64,000 bases of DNA from Octopus vulgaris (lineage: Eukaryota), in contig OX597817.1 of the NCBI GenBank assembly GCA_951406725.2, positions 56,420,001 to 56,484,000 of the forward strand, in the 5' to 3' direction. The notes under the pieces were generated by a model. The model saw nothing but the letters and a program-made list of their open reading frames with translations, was not told where the DNA came from and ran no database searches. Positions within the stretch are counted from its first letter, which is position 1, and each line of letters begins with the position of its first letter. This document shows positions 26,528 through 41,326 of the stretch, piece by piece. A program made the translations under genes and the position numbers.

Positions 26528-26886
26528 GCTCTCTCTCATCTCTATCTATCTTTGCCTCCCTCACTCTCTCACATAAACTCTTACTCATATTAAATAGAAA
26601 TTTCCCTCTCGGTCTCTTCCTAACGTTTCGTTATCTTTCTCTTTCTCCTTCTACACACTGTTTTACCTTCACACTGTTGCCCAACACACTCCCTCATTCT
26701 GTCATCCTCCACTTCTTTTTCTTCTATTTCACCTGTTCTTCTACTCCTCCTCTTCCTTTACCTACTTCTACTACTACTCCCTTAATTCTTTTTCTCTTTC
26801 TCTGTCTCTCCCTTTCTCTGTCTCATATATATACATACATGTATATATATATATATACAAACACACACAAACATACATACACGTAC

Positions 26887-26921
<35 letters not shown>

Positions 26922-26924
26922 AAT

Positions 26925-26977
<53 letters not shown>

Positions 26978-27266
26978 CGTTTGTATGTATGTATGTATGT
27001 ATGTATGTATGCACATGCATATATATATGTGTGTGTGCTTGTGTAAAGATATGTACGCATACGTATATATAATAAGTGCATTCATGCATACACATACGCA
27101 TACATATATATTTATAAATACAGATACATACAGTTTCATAAACACACACACATATATATATACTGCGTTTCTCCTAAATTGTCCCTGTATTCCACATCTG
27201 ACACCCACTTTGCGTGTATTTATATATATGTGTGTGTGAGTGTGTGTGTGTGTTTTGTGTGTGTGT

Positions 27267-27311
<45 letters not shown>

Positions 27312-27369
27312 TTGTGCCTTCTACAGCTTTTCTGTTACACACGAAAATACATTTTCTTTCTCCTATCTT

Positions 27370-27411
<42 letters not shown>

Positions 27412-27916
27412 GTCTCTCTCTCCCTCTCTCCATTATTTTCCGTCTTTTCCTCGCCTCTTCTTTCTCTCCCTCTCACCGCTACCACTGCAACAACAATACA
27501 TCGCCCGCCACCACCACCACTAGAGCCACCACCCTCCAACAACACAAGCGTCACAACATTTCCACCGGCACCACGACCACCACCAACACCACCATCTGAG
27601 TCACCAACACCACAAGCACCACCACCACCACCGCAACAACCACCACCACCACCGCCACCATCATCAATGTTAAACACACACAGCCACTTGCTCCAATGTC
27701 TGGTGAACCAGGTGACAAGCGCCATTTTAAATGTACAGATATATGTGTATGTGTGTATGTAGATATATGTACTTATGTATGTGTATGTGAGTGACGTGTG
27801 TGTATTTGAATGGATGTCAGTATCTGTAGGTTGTATGTTTGGTGGAATTATGTATGCGTTTGCATGTTTGTGTGTATGTATGCATGTATGAATATATATA
27901 TTTATAAGCATATATG

Positions 27917-28014
<98 letters not shown>

Positions 28015-28097
28015 GGAGAGAGAGAGAAGGAGAGAGAGAGAAGGAGAGAGAGTGATGTATATATGTGACTGTGTGTGCGCGCATGTGTATCTGTGTA

Positions 28098-28472
28098 GGC
28101 GCATGTGTGGTAAGAAACCTGTTTCACAACGAAACGGTTCCGAATTCAGTCCCACTTCTTGCCAACATGGGCAAGTGTGATCTGCTATAACTTTGGACCC
28201 GACAAAAACTGTATGAGTAGATTTTGGTAGACGGAAACTGGGACGAAGCCCGTCGTATTTATGTGTGTGTGTGTGTGTGTGTATGTCGTTATGTCAATGC
28301 TTGTCACCCAGCACCGCTTAACAACCGGTGTTGGTGCATTCATGTCTCCATAACTTAGCAGTTCGGCAAAAGGTGTGATCAAATAAATATTAGGTTTTAA
28401 AAGAAATATCCTAGAGTTGATTTATTCAAGGTGGTGCCCCCAGTATGGCCGCAGTGTCATGATTAGAACAAG
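28098..28472 (+). mobile_element. diverged SINE family A
   Basis: Family match with many substitutions. Confidence 0.75.
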
Positions 28473-28547
28473 TAGAGAGAGAGAGAAAGAGAGATTGAGA
28501 CAGAGGGGTGGAGAGAAGGAGAGAGAGACAGTGGCATATATAGACTG

Positions 28548-28593
<46 letters not shown>

Positions 28594-28649
28594 TTGCGTG
28601 TGTGTGTGTTTGTGCGTGCTTGTGTGTATGTGTATATATATATGTATAT

Positions 28650-28709
<60 letters not shown>

Positions 28710-28844
28710 ATAAATATGTATGTATATGTATACATATATGTGTGAATATATATATTATATATATATATATGTATTTTCGATACACCCATTTTCATTAAAA
28801 TTTTCCTTCAATTTAGCATTCTGCCTTTTTATAATTTTTCCTTG

Positions 28845-28889
<45 letters not shown>

Positions 28890-29511
28890 CAAGTGCTTAC
28901 AAGCATCTAAGTACAGGGACTAATGATTCGGCGCGAGTGTATATATAAATATGTGTTTGGGAATATATATATATATATATATATATATAGATGAATATAT
29001 ATATATATATAAATAGACGAATGTGTGTGTCTGTGTGAGTCAGTGTATACATTTTGTTGTTTATATATACAACTATAACAATATATATAATAGATACATA
29101 TTTATCAATTATAGTTATATACAATGTGTGTGTATTTACTGACGTAAGGTTATGTGTGCTGTTCATGTAGCACTCATATGCATATATATATATATATATA
29201 TATATACATACATATATGTACATGCACATGCACATATATCTACATACACACACACATATATATATATATATCCGTACCTATGTGTGTTTGTGAAAGTGAG
29301 TGTGCGCGCCTGTGTGAGTTTGTGTGAATGTGTGTGTGTGCGTGTGTGGGTGTGTGTCTGTGTGTCTGTGTGCATGTGTGTATGTGTATGTGTGTGTGTG
29401 TGTGTGTGTGTGATTGTGGAGTCTCTGCATGTGGTTCGCTATACACGTATGTATGTGTATATATATATGTGTCCATAGCACTCTGATTATATATTGTGTT
29501 GATGATGATAT

Positions 29512-29544
<33 letters not shown>

Positions 29545-29923
29545 CGACGACGACGACGATGATGATGATGATGGCGGCATTCATGTGTTTGTACGTGGGT
29601 GTGAGGATGTGTGTGAGTATGTGCGCTGTCACATATGTGTACTTAGAGAGGAGTTTGTCTTTCTTTTAGGGCATGCTGTGGTGTAGATGAGTGTGTGCCT
29701 GTGTGTGTGTGTGTGTGTTTCTCTGTGTGTGTGTGTGTGTGTGTATGTGTGTGTGTCAATGCGTAACTTCTGAGAACAATATGTCATCCTGTGTCTCTAG
29801 ACTTCTCTCTTTAAAAGTTATACTTGTCTCTCTCCCTCTGTCTCATTCCTTCTCTCTTTCTCTATCATTTTCTTCTCTTCTCTCTCTCTTTCTCTGTATA
29901 TATATATATATACAAATATATAT

Positions 29924-29994
<71 letters not shown>

Positions 29995-30005
29995 TGTAGA
30001 TACAT

Positions 30006-30038
<33 letters not shown>

Positions 30039-30075
30039 GTTCTGTTTTCTTTTTGTGTTTTGATGTTTGGATTAA

Positions 30076-30135
<60 letters not shown>

Positions 30136-30244
30136 GTCTATTTATCAATCAATCTATCTATCTAGTTTCACTTCATTCCCACTCGTCTTTTCTTTTCTCT
30201 CTTACTCTCACTTTGTCTCCCCTTCCTTTGTACACACGTGTATG

Positions 30245-30329
<85 letters not shown>

Positions 30330-30380
30330 ATATACATATGTGAATATATATTTATATGCACATATATATATGTGTATATA

Positions 30381-30465
<85 letters not shown>

Positions 30466-30645
30466 TCACATACGTAAATACATATACTTACATTTATATC
30501 TGTGTATATAAAAATATATACATACATATACATGCATATATGTGTATATATGGACATACGCACATATATGTATATACATATATTATATATTTATATATGT
30601 TTGTATATACATACATTAATACATACGTGCATATATATATATCTA

Positions 30646-30691
<46 letters not shown>

Positions 30692-30702
30692 CATATACAT
30701 AT

Positions 30703-30754
<52 letters not shown>

Positions 30755-31060
30755 TTGCACATATACATATCTATATATGTGTTTCTCAGTGCGTGTGGGG
30801 GGTGTCTGTGTGTGTTGTGTATTGTTGTTTTACTAATTCCATTCATGACATTGCGGCCTTGCTGAAGCAATGCCTTAATGCCTGTGAAGGTTTTCAGATG
30901 TTAACATCGGACCCATTAGATATTTCTCTCCATTCCAAGAGAGCCGTTTGTCGAACAGCAAAGTTGTACTGGATGCAATATAAGATACAACACCGGTGTT
31001 TAGAATGTCGTAAACACAGTCACTATCATTCATTCACACACACACACATACACACACACA

Positions 31061-31120
<60 letters not shown>

Positions 31121-31490
31121 CACCTACATACATTATGATATGTCTATGTATATATGTATATATACTTGCACGTATATATATATATATATATATATACATG
31201 CATGTATATATATATAGATATATATATGTGCTTGTGTGTGTGTGTGTGTATGTATGTATGTGAACATACACGTTTAAATATATCTATATATATATATATT
31301 TGAGTGCATATATATGCATGTTTGTATAAGTATACATATACATATACATACATATATACATACATATATATTTATATATATATATATATGTGTGTGTATA
31401 TATATATATGCAAGTATATATATACATAAATACATACACATATATATATATACATATATATATGTATGTATATACATATATATATACATA

Positions 31491-31573
<83 letters not shown>

Positions 31574-31596
31574 GTATGTATATATGTATATATGTA

Positions 31597-31638
<42 letters not shown>

Positions 31639-31677
31639 TGCATATATTTATATATATATATATATGTATATATATGC

Positions 31678-31724
<47 letters not shown>

Positions 31725-31776
31725 TGTATGTTTGTATGTTTGTATGTATGTATGTATGCAAGTATATATGTATATA

Positions 31777-31860
<84 letters not shown>

Positions 31861-32448
31861 GTAGATGAGCGTGATCCCAGTGCGTCTCTCTATTTGTTAC
31901 CTAACTCACCCTTTCTGCGTTTATTACGCCTCTCGTCTTATCAATCTATCTGCACGCCCCCTTTGCACTCTCACTCCCTCTGTTTTCCACTCTCTGCCGC
32001 CGCCACCCCTCTCGTTCTCTCACCCCTTCTTTCTCTCGAAGTGGTGGGTAGAGGTGAAAGACAACATTCTGAGCTGTTTTCTATTTATATTTTTGTTGAT
32101 TCTTTTTTTTCTTTTTGTTTTGCTCTTTATATTTCCTTAAGTAAACATTAAACTGTGAAATGAGAGAGAGAGACAGACAGATAGAGAGACAGACCGAGGG
32201 ACAGAATGAACGAGAGAGAGAGAGAGAGAGAGTGGAATTCTAGAAAGAGTTGCTGTATAGGAGAGTTGTAGTAAGAGGCAAGGATGGAGTGCAGCATTGA
32301 GGGAGAAAGAAGGGGAGGGGCTGTGACGGTGGACAAGAAAATAACGATGTCGGAGAGAGGGAAAGTGTGAGGGGCGCAACACAACCTAAAGGAAGGGGAG
32401 GAGTGACTGGATGTGTATATGTATGGGTATGTAAGCATATATATATAT

Positions 32449-32498
<50 letters not shown>

Positions 32499-32753
32499 GT
32501 ACATTTGCGTATACATACATGCATATATGTGTATTTGTGTGTGTATGCATGTATGTATATTATATGCGTTTGTATGTATACGTGTGGGAGTATATGTATG
32601 TACGTGTATGCGTGTATGAGTCTATATACACGGGTGGGTGTGAATACATATGTATGTATGGGTATGTATATGCCTGCGTGCATCTGCAGGTGCGTATATA
32701 TAAGCACACGTAAAAGTATATAGACATATATAAATACATATACATATTTACAC

Positions 32754-32790
<37 letters not shown>

Positions 32791-32953
32791 AACGTATATA
32801 TATGTACGTATGTGTGTATGCATGTATGTATGTCACGTAGCTTATGTGTACGCGCCTTAGATGCGGTATATGCCGTTGTGTGTATATATATAGGTCTGTG
32901 CGTATAAGCGAGTGCTAAAGTGTGTGTATATATATATATATATAGATATATAG

Positions 32954-32991
<38 letters not shown>

Positions 32992-33341
32992 ATATGGCGC
33001 TCGATGAGTGTACGTGCGTATGTATGTTAGTGCGTGCATGTGTGTGTGTGCGTATATGCATTATTATTTGTCTTTCTTTGTCACCGTGTCTTTATGTGTG
33101 TGTTGGTGTGTGTGTTTGTGTATGTGTATGTGTGTGTGTGTGTGTGCTTGCTTATGTGTATGTAAGAGTGTGTGTAGACATGTATGTCAAGGCATTTCTT
33201 TCTCTCCCAACCTATACTTCTTTCTGCGTGAGTATGTGTTTATGTACATGGGTTTATATGTATACGTGTGTGTGTGTGCGTGCAGGAGAAAGAGAAAAGG
33301 AGACAATGTACGTTACTGTCCCCCTTGCATGTGGGTGCATT

Positions 33342-33390
<49 letters not shown>

Positions 33391-33902
33391 TTTTGTCGAT
33401 GTATAAGACATTGTAGTTGTGAGTTTAAATGTCTGTGCGTATGTATTGTGTGTGTGTGTGTGTGTTTCATATATATATATATATGTGCATTGCCATGTGT
33501 GTGTGTGTATGTCCATGTCATTGTGTGTGCGTGCACCACACATCGCAGCACGCAAGGGAACAACGATGGTGTAAAGAGGGTGGTGGGCGGGGATGGGCTG
33601 GTGGGCAGGTGGGAGGAGGAGGAGGAGGAGGTGCAGGTTGTGTGGCGGAGGGCCGAGTGGGGTGGAAGGGGGAGTGCGGTATATTTGGAGACAGCACGGA
33701 ATGGTTGGAGGTGTGAGGCGGGGGAGGGGATGTACAGAAAGAGAGAACGAGAAAGAGAAAGAGAGAGAGAGAGAGAGAAAGAGATGAGAGAGCAGTGTGG
33801 CTAAGGGGATGTGTGAGGCGTGCAGTCAACTACTGAAAGGAGGAGGGCTTATCGAACTGAACTAGGAAAGAGGAGTAGGAGAAGGTAGAATACAGAGGAC
33901 AT

Positions 33903-33903
<1 letters not shown>

Positions 33904-33976
<73 letters not shown>

Positions 33977-34052
33977 ATGGTGGTGGTGGTGGTGGTGGTG
34001 GTGGTGGTGGTGGTGGTGGTGGTGGTGGTGGTGGTGGTGGTGGTGGTGGTAG
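33904..34052. repeat. (AGT)n/(GGT)n microsatellite
   Basis: Directly visible. Confidence 0.95.
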
Positions 34053-34441
34053 TCATTTTATAGTCGGTTGTAGCGGTGATCTGAGGAGAAAGGGAGGGAG
34101 GAAAAATGAAGGGGGGGAGAAGGAAGAGGTGAAGGTGCAGAAGAAGGGATAGGGTGAGAGGAGGAAATGGCTGTGATAAAATAAATGAGATTTTATGAAA
34201 AAAATATTACTGTCGTGGTTGTAGTAAGAGGTGATAGCGTTAGGGAGTGGTTAAACTTTTGAGAGAGAAGGAGAGAGAGAGGTAGATGGAGTGATTGTTT
34301 CAAAGAGAGTGAAAGAAAGAGTATGTGTGAGAGAGTGAATGTCAGAGGCATAGAGGCGCAGTGAGAGTAGAGTGGTATATAGAGAGTTGAAGAGAGAGAG
34401 AGAGACTATGGATGTGATGCACCGGGAGAAAGATGAAGGAA

Positions 34442-34487
<46 letters not shown>

Positions 34488-35337
34488 GAGATGGACAGAG
34501 AGAATGTTACAATGATAGAGAGCAAAAATAGGAAAAACTGAATGTATGTGTCATGGGAGAAAGAGAGACGAGAGAGGGGAGAGAGAGGGAGAGAGAGAGA
34601 AAACGAGATAAAATGGCAGACATGTTTTGACAGAAAAAATGTGATAGAAATAGAGAGAGAAACCTATGTGGAGAGAATAAAATTGAAAGATTGGGAGAAG
34701 AAGAAGCAGCAGTAATGAGGGAGAGACAGAGAGAGATTTAGTTGGAAAGAGAAGGAGAGAAAAAGAGAGAGAATGAGAGAGAAATATAGAGTGAGAGTGT
34801 GACAGAGAGAGAGAGAGGGAAAGAGAATCTGGGTGCATGTTAAAAAGAGAGCATCAGCGATAGAGTAGAAAGAGAGAGAGAGGGAGTGAGAGGAGACATA
34901 ACGCTAGAGAGAAAGAAAGATGAGAAACACCGCTAGAGAGAGATAGAGAGGCGATACGGTGCTAGAGAGAGAGGGATGACACAGCACTTGAGAGAGAGGA
35001 GACACAACGCTAGAGAGACAGAGAGACAGAGACAGAGAGGGAGTGGAGTCACGACGCTGGAGAAAGTGGGGGATGAGAAGTTAGGTTTAGAGAGAGAAAG
35101 TGTAAGAGAAACTGTGCAATAGACTGACAATGAGAGAAAAAAGAAAAACAGTGGCGAAAACAGAGAGAGAAAGAGAGAGTGTGGAGGGAGAGCAGAAGGA
35201 GAGCATTATTTGAGAGAGAGAAGAGAGATATAGGAAAAACAGTGAGAGCGAGAGGGGAAATGAAAAGGGAGAGAAAAAGAGATTGAAATACATAGAGAGA
35301 TCGTACCTAAAGAGATTATGTGGTGTATATATATATA

Positions 35338-35391
35338 TGCCCCAGCATGGCCACAGCTCATGAGCTGAAACTGGAATCAATCAATCAATCA

Positions 35392-35392
<1 letters not shown>
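35338..35392 (+). mobile_element. extremely 5'-truncated LINE tail
   Basis: Same tail and (ATCA)n as 13044-13110. Confidence 0.7.
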
Positions 35393-35485
<93 letters not shown>

Positions 35486-35573
35486 CAAGACAGAGAGAGG
35501 AGGTGAAATAGAGAGTAAAGGAACTGAGAGAGAGAGATATAGGGTGTGAGAGAGAGAATGAGTTAAATAGTGA

Positions 35574-35636
<63 letters not shown>

Positions 35637-35948
35637 TGTGAGCGCGCGCGCGAGGCGAATTGATGTTTAAGCAGACAAAAAGAGAGACCGATATAAGGAA
35701 AAGAGTGAAGAGGCAAAATGAAATAGTATGAGAGAGAGTAAGGGAGAGAGAGAGGGAGAGAGAATGAGGGAGAGAGAGAGAGAGGGGGAGAGTCAGGAAA
35801 AAAGCAAAGAAAGAAAGAATACATGAAGAAAAACAACAAAGATATTAATGTAGAAAGAGTGTGAAAGAGAGAAAGAAAGAGAGAGAGCGAAAAGGAGAGA
35901 GAAATAGGGGAGAAAGGGAAGAAAGATCAGACAGTGAGAGTGAAATAT

Positions 35949-35985
<37 letters not shown>

Positions 35986-36829
35986 AAGAAAGAAAGAAAG
36001 AAAGAGAGATGGAGAAGGAACAACTGAGAGTGTGAAAATGGCAAAGGAAGAATTAGAAAGAGATAAAGTGACGTAAAGAGAATGAGAGACAGAAAGAGGG
36101 TGGGTATATGAATGAGAAGGGAGTGGAGTGAGAGGAAATAGGAACAAATTGTTAAGGAGAGGGGTTTGAGGAGGAAGAGGAGGAAGAAGGGGAGAAAATG
36201 GTTGAAGCAGACGAGATAGAGTGTCAGCTATATATTTTGTATATATTTTAGTTCAATATTATATATTATATATTCATGTGATATTTCTTATTTATGGTTA
36301 TTTATTTTAGACCGTTTATTGCACACATATTGTGTTTGTGTGCATATATATACGTGCATATATATAAATATATATATATATACGCATACATACATACATA
36401 CTTACAGACATATGTAATATATGTATAAAGTTTTGTGTGTGTAGGTATATTTGCATGAGTGACTGCGTTATTATTATTTTTATATTTATAAATAAATTTA
36501 ATACATATATTTGTATGGGTGTGTTTATGTTTCGTCTGTGTGCTTGTGTGTTTGTGAATGTGTATGTGCGTGTGTGTGTTAATAACATTTTTATATTCAT
36601 GAAAGAAATATATTTCTCTGTATTTGCTTAAATAGATTTATATTGATAAATCTATTTTAGCTATGTATTATTTTGTATTCGAATATATTACGTTATATTA
36701 CTTTGTACACCAGCTCATCAATTCTGATATTGATTTTGCATTACTATAGCATTTATATATCTCAAAATGTTTGTCTCTGTTAGTCTACTCAATGTGTTGA
36801 ACGTCTGGAGCCCTTGTGGCAAATAAAAT

Positions 36830-37085
36830 AACTACCCGAGCCGGTTAGTAAGGTTAGTGACCCTGGACGTAAACAACTGTCTAGCTTGCAGTGCTGTCCG
36901 GCAGGTGGTCATTTATGCGCCAACAGAGTTAGAAAGACTGATTTCTTCAAACATTTTGAGGCATTCGAAGGGACATAGCCTTTATTAATGCTAGTGAGTG
37001 ACTGGAATGCAATTGTAGACGCACGCTGGGGTTTGCGGGAGGAGATGCTAGAAAATTGGATGCAAATCTCTTTTAAATGTGCTAT
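36830..37085 (+). pseudogene. Tx1/L1-type APE endonuclease fragment
   Basis: RLVTLDV...VVIYAPT / RKTDFFKHFEAF..T*PLLMLVSDWNAIVDAR, matching the VYAP and GDWN APE motifs. Confidence 0.7.
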
Positions 37086-37702
37086 CGTTTAGCTTCAAGT
37101 CAACTCTGATCGAAACGATTTATGATCAACTAACTTCCATCCGTGACCATCTCGCCCATTTTTATCAGTATCGGTGACTGCTTTACCCAATCTTTATCTC
37201 CTTTTTTAAAGACAGTTATGTGTGATTTGAGGGAGCTTGAGTTACTGTTTCTGATTGATAATTGATTGCTAATGTCTCTTGCCACTTTCATTTTCCTTCT
37301 AATATTTTGCAGTTAATATCACCGTTTCTTCTTAAAACTTGTGACGTAGTTTCTGTGTTACTGTCGTTCTTGCATCTGTTGCTGTCATTGTTGTTCTTGT
37401 TGTTAGAGGTCGTCGAATTGCTGCTGTCATTCGTCGTGTTTTGGCGTAGTACACTCCTGGACTGCATATCTTCTAGAACGTTCCAGAGTATGATTTCAGA
37501 TATATGTTGTTGTAATTTTGTAGCAGGTCTGAGACCACATTCGCTCAATGTTGTAAAAGATGTTGTTGTCGTTTTTGTTGTTGTTATTGTTGTTTATAGA
37601 ATTGTTATTGTAATGACTATCATCGTTGGAAACATTTTTATTGATACTATTGTAAATAGTATTGTTGTTATACAGCAATAGCAGCTATAGCTGTTGTTGT
37701 TC

Positions 37703-37738
37703 ATGATGATGATGATGATGACGACGACGACGATGACA

Positions 37739-37816
<78 letters not shown>

Positions 37817-37932
37817 TTGATGACGATGACGATGATGATGATGATGATGATGATGACGACGACGACGACGACGATGATGACGATGATGATGATGATGAAT
37901 GGTGATGGTGGTGGTGGTGGTGGTGGTGGTGG
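37703..37932. repeat. (GAT)n/(GAC)n/(GGT)n microsatellite
   Basis: Directly visible. Confidence 0.95.
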
Positions 37933-38158
37933 TCCAACACACCTATGTTCAAAGCTATTATAGCCATGACCACCCCACCTCTGGGTGGAAGGTAGAGTAT
38001 CGGCAACTGCATTATTCCCTGGGCCCCACTCTATTTGATATGATGCGTTTCAGCTGAGGGGTATTTGGCTGCTGTTTGTGGAAGATCAACGTCCAGGGAG
38101 ACGTTATTTCCTTAGATACTGTATTTCCTATTTATTGCACAACTTCTACTACTACTAC

Positions 38159-38193
<35 letters not shown>

Positions 38194-38584
38194 TTGGCGG
38201 TGGTGGTGGTAGTGGTGGGGTGAGGATGGGATGGTGGGGAGTGTGGTGGTGGAGAGTGGCGCGATGGTGGTGGTGGTGGTGGTGGTCGTCGTCGTCGTAG
38301 TCGTTGTGGTCGTCGTGGTGATGGTAGAATCTAGTCTCACAAGATTTATAATAATTAAAAAATAAAAGAGTCATACATACATACATATATACATACATAC
38401 ATAATATATACATCCATGTTGGTGTCGAAATTCCAACGAAGGAAGCTTGGATCTCCGTTAGAAACCAGTTCTTTCTCTATTGGCGAGAAATCTTGAAATA
38501 AAAATGGATAATGACATACATACATACATACATACATACATACATACATACATACATACATACTTATATACAAAACATATTTAT

Positions 38585-38930
38585 ACGGTGGTAGTTGTCT
38601 ACTCCTTATGCAGAGTTTGACCACTTCCTGTACCAACACCTTAGCACCATCATGGCGTCTGGTGTGGCTTTTTAAACTAGACAATGTTCTGAAAAGACAC
38701 CCACATAGATTCCACCTCTGATTTGGGCCACCAAGACCTGCAGATAAGTTCTGCTCTTTGTAGATCTTAAAATGTATTTTGAGGCCTCCGTTGGATTGGC
38801 AAACCTTCTGGCATAGACTACATTCAAAGTTGTGCAGAATAGTTAGTGGACGTTCGTTTTCCAGGGGTTCGCAAGAGATTTGAGGCCAACAAAAGACAGG
38901 CATGGTCTGTTACAGACTGTGCACCAAAAG
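38585..38930 (-). pseudogene. LINE (probably RTE-type) 3' end with two C2H2-like fingers
   Basis: FECSLCQKVCQSNGGLKIHFKI and (W)NLCGCLFRTLSSLKSHTRRH, ending in a microsatellite; similar to the finger at 8600-8670. Confidence 0.6.
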
Positions 38931-39209
38931 TTCGTTGTCATTCACCTTCTCGATTGTTATGTTAAGTTTAAATAAAAACTATTAGTCTTTAAATTATAAG
39001 ATTACCCTATATCTTTTGTAGAGAGAGCTAAGAATGCGAACAACGCCGCCATCTTTATATTGACAAATAACTACCTCTTTCCCATAGAAAGGTGGGGTTT
39101 TTTTTGTTTTCCTCGTTGTATTTTCCGTCTTTTCATGAGATACAACAGCTATAACGAAAGAGACTTGTCAGTGCACTTCGTGGTCCCAGCGGACAACAAG
39201 AACTCTATT

Positions 39210-39256
39210 GACTGTAACTTCGAAGTTTGGTCCAGCTAAGCCATCATCAGACTGTC
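39210..39256 (-). ncRNA. degenerate hammerhead motif
   Basis: gacagt-CTGATGA-tggcttagctggacca-AAC-TTCGAA-GTT-acagtc; G12 lost. Confidence 0.6.
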
Positions 39257-39734
39257 ATGCATACGTATGTGTGTATATGTATATTTTGTTAATAATTTTT
39301 TAAAAGAAAAATGTTATGTTAGCGCTCTTGAACGCAAAAAAAGAATATGGTTTTCTTATCAAACAACTCGGTCACCCCAGATCAATGCAGTGACCCTTCA
39401 GGGACAATACAGTACAAGTCAATACGAAGAACTTGGTCAATATTACTGACATAATCATTTATCAATAGAATTCAAATCTGTTCGCTGTGTAATTTAGACA
39501 TCAGCAGACATCAGACTCGGATACATACATGAATGTCTTTGAAATTTTTATGTTTTACGACGTATTTATATATTTGTTTAGATTTTCTTTTTACATTCGG
39601 AGTTCAAATGCCGTTAGAGACGACTTTACCTTTCATCTTTCTAGGGTCGATGAAATAAATTATCAGTCAAGGAATGATGATCGATACACTAAAGCGACCC
39701 CCAGTGATTAAATATTTACCAATTTTCTTCTTAT

Positions 39735-40080
39735 TCTCTCTATCTCTCCCTCTCATTATCTCTCTTTCTCTCTCTCACTCTCTTACTCTCATTATCTCTC
39801 TTTCTCTCTCTCTCTCCCTCGCATTATCTCTCTCTCCCTCTCATTATCTCTCTTTCTCTCTCTCCCTCTCTCTCCCTCTCATTCCCTCTCATTCCCTCTC
39901 TCTCCCTCTCATTATCTCTCTTTCTCTCTCTCACTCTCTCACTCTCATTATCTCTCTCTCTCTCTCCCTCGCATTATCTCTCTCTCCCTCTCTCTCCCTC
40001 TCATTATCTCTCTTTCTCTCTCTCCCTCTCTCTTCCTCTCATTCCCTCTCTCTCCCTCTCATTATATCTCTTTCCCTCTC
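39735..40080. repeat. CT-rich minisatellite (CTCTCATTATCTCTCT…)
   Basis: Recurrent CATTATC/CATTCC motif within (CT)n. Confidence 0.8.
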
Positions 40081-40826
40081 ACACACACAATCTCTCTCTC
40101 TCTCTCCCTCCCTCTCTACTATAATACATCTAATTCTGTCTTTATCTCTCTTATTATTTTTTGTTATACTAATGATCTTACTATCTTTCTCTCTGTTTCA
40201 ACATCAACCTCTCTGTCTATCTATCATTCGCATCGTCTTAGAGCCATTGAGTCTATTTCAGCATCTAGCTCAGCATCTATATATCATTCTCTCTGTTATT
40301 CCAGTGGTCTAGCTCTCTCTCTCTCTCTCTACTTCAACACATAACTCTGAGTCTATCTATTATTTCGTCTGTTATTCTCGAGGTTTCATATCCTTTCTCT
40401 CTGTTTCAAAATCTAATTGCATCTATCGGACCCTATCAAAGCCTGTCGAATTCAATACCAATTGTTCGTAACCTGTGGATATTCTTTCTTCTCTCTTTGG
40501 ACCCAATTCTCTATATATCTATCTCCATAAATATATTTCTCTCTTAAAATTAAATCACTTGGTTCACTTACTCAGAGACGCCATTGCAATGCATAAATAA
40601 ATAAATATAAAATAGTTAAGTACTGCTAGTTAAGTAATTGATGAAATTATTAAAATATCATTAAATTAATGTTATCTTTACTTCTCTGCATAATTAACCA
40701 CAAATTACATTACTTTGATTTGATATATTTACTATATCAAAAATATTAACACTAACTTAATTACATCTTTATCTAATGTCTATAAATACTTGTGTATATA
40801 TAAATATATATGTGTGTGTGCGTGTT

Positions 40827-40883
<57 letters not shown>

Positions 40884-41003
40884 GTCTATGTATATATACG
40901 TATATGTATATATATGTATATATATGTATATATATATATATACATATGCATATATATATATATGTATATATATATAAATGTATATATATATATATACATA
41001 TAC

Positions 41004-41040
<37 letters not shown>

Positions 41041-41097
41041 TATATAGATATATATATGTATATATATGTATGTATATATATATATATATACATATAC

Positions 41098-41179
<82 letters not shown>

Positions 41180-41326
41180 GGTTAATCCAAACAGAGTAGC
41201 AGCGAATATGCAGCTGGTGGTGTGTAGGATGAGTTATAATGCTGGGTGTTGAATTTGTGAAAGAATACATTGTGTTATGTGAGATGATAACGACTGTCAC
41301 GGGCATGTTTTATGTGGGTTGTAGTA

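Noticed and set aside
38427-38476. CCAACGA...GAAACCAGTT hammerhead-like remnant (related piece at 13155-13211)
   Set aside because: G5 is absent and the stems are poor, too weak to call from two partial copies.
38355-38903. Host C2H2 zinc-finger gene
   Set aside because: Fingers are degenerate, there is no TGEKP linker, and the frame runs into a microsatellite; a LINE C-terminus fits better.
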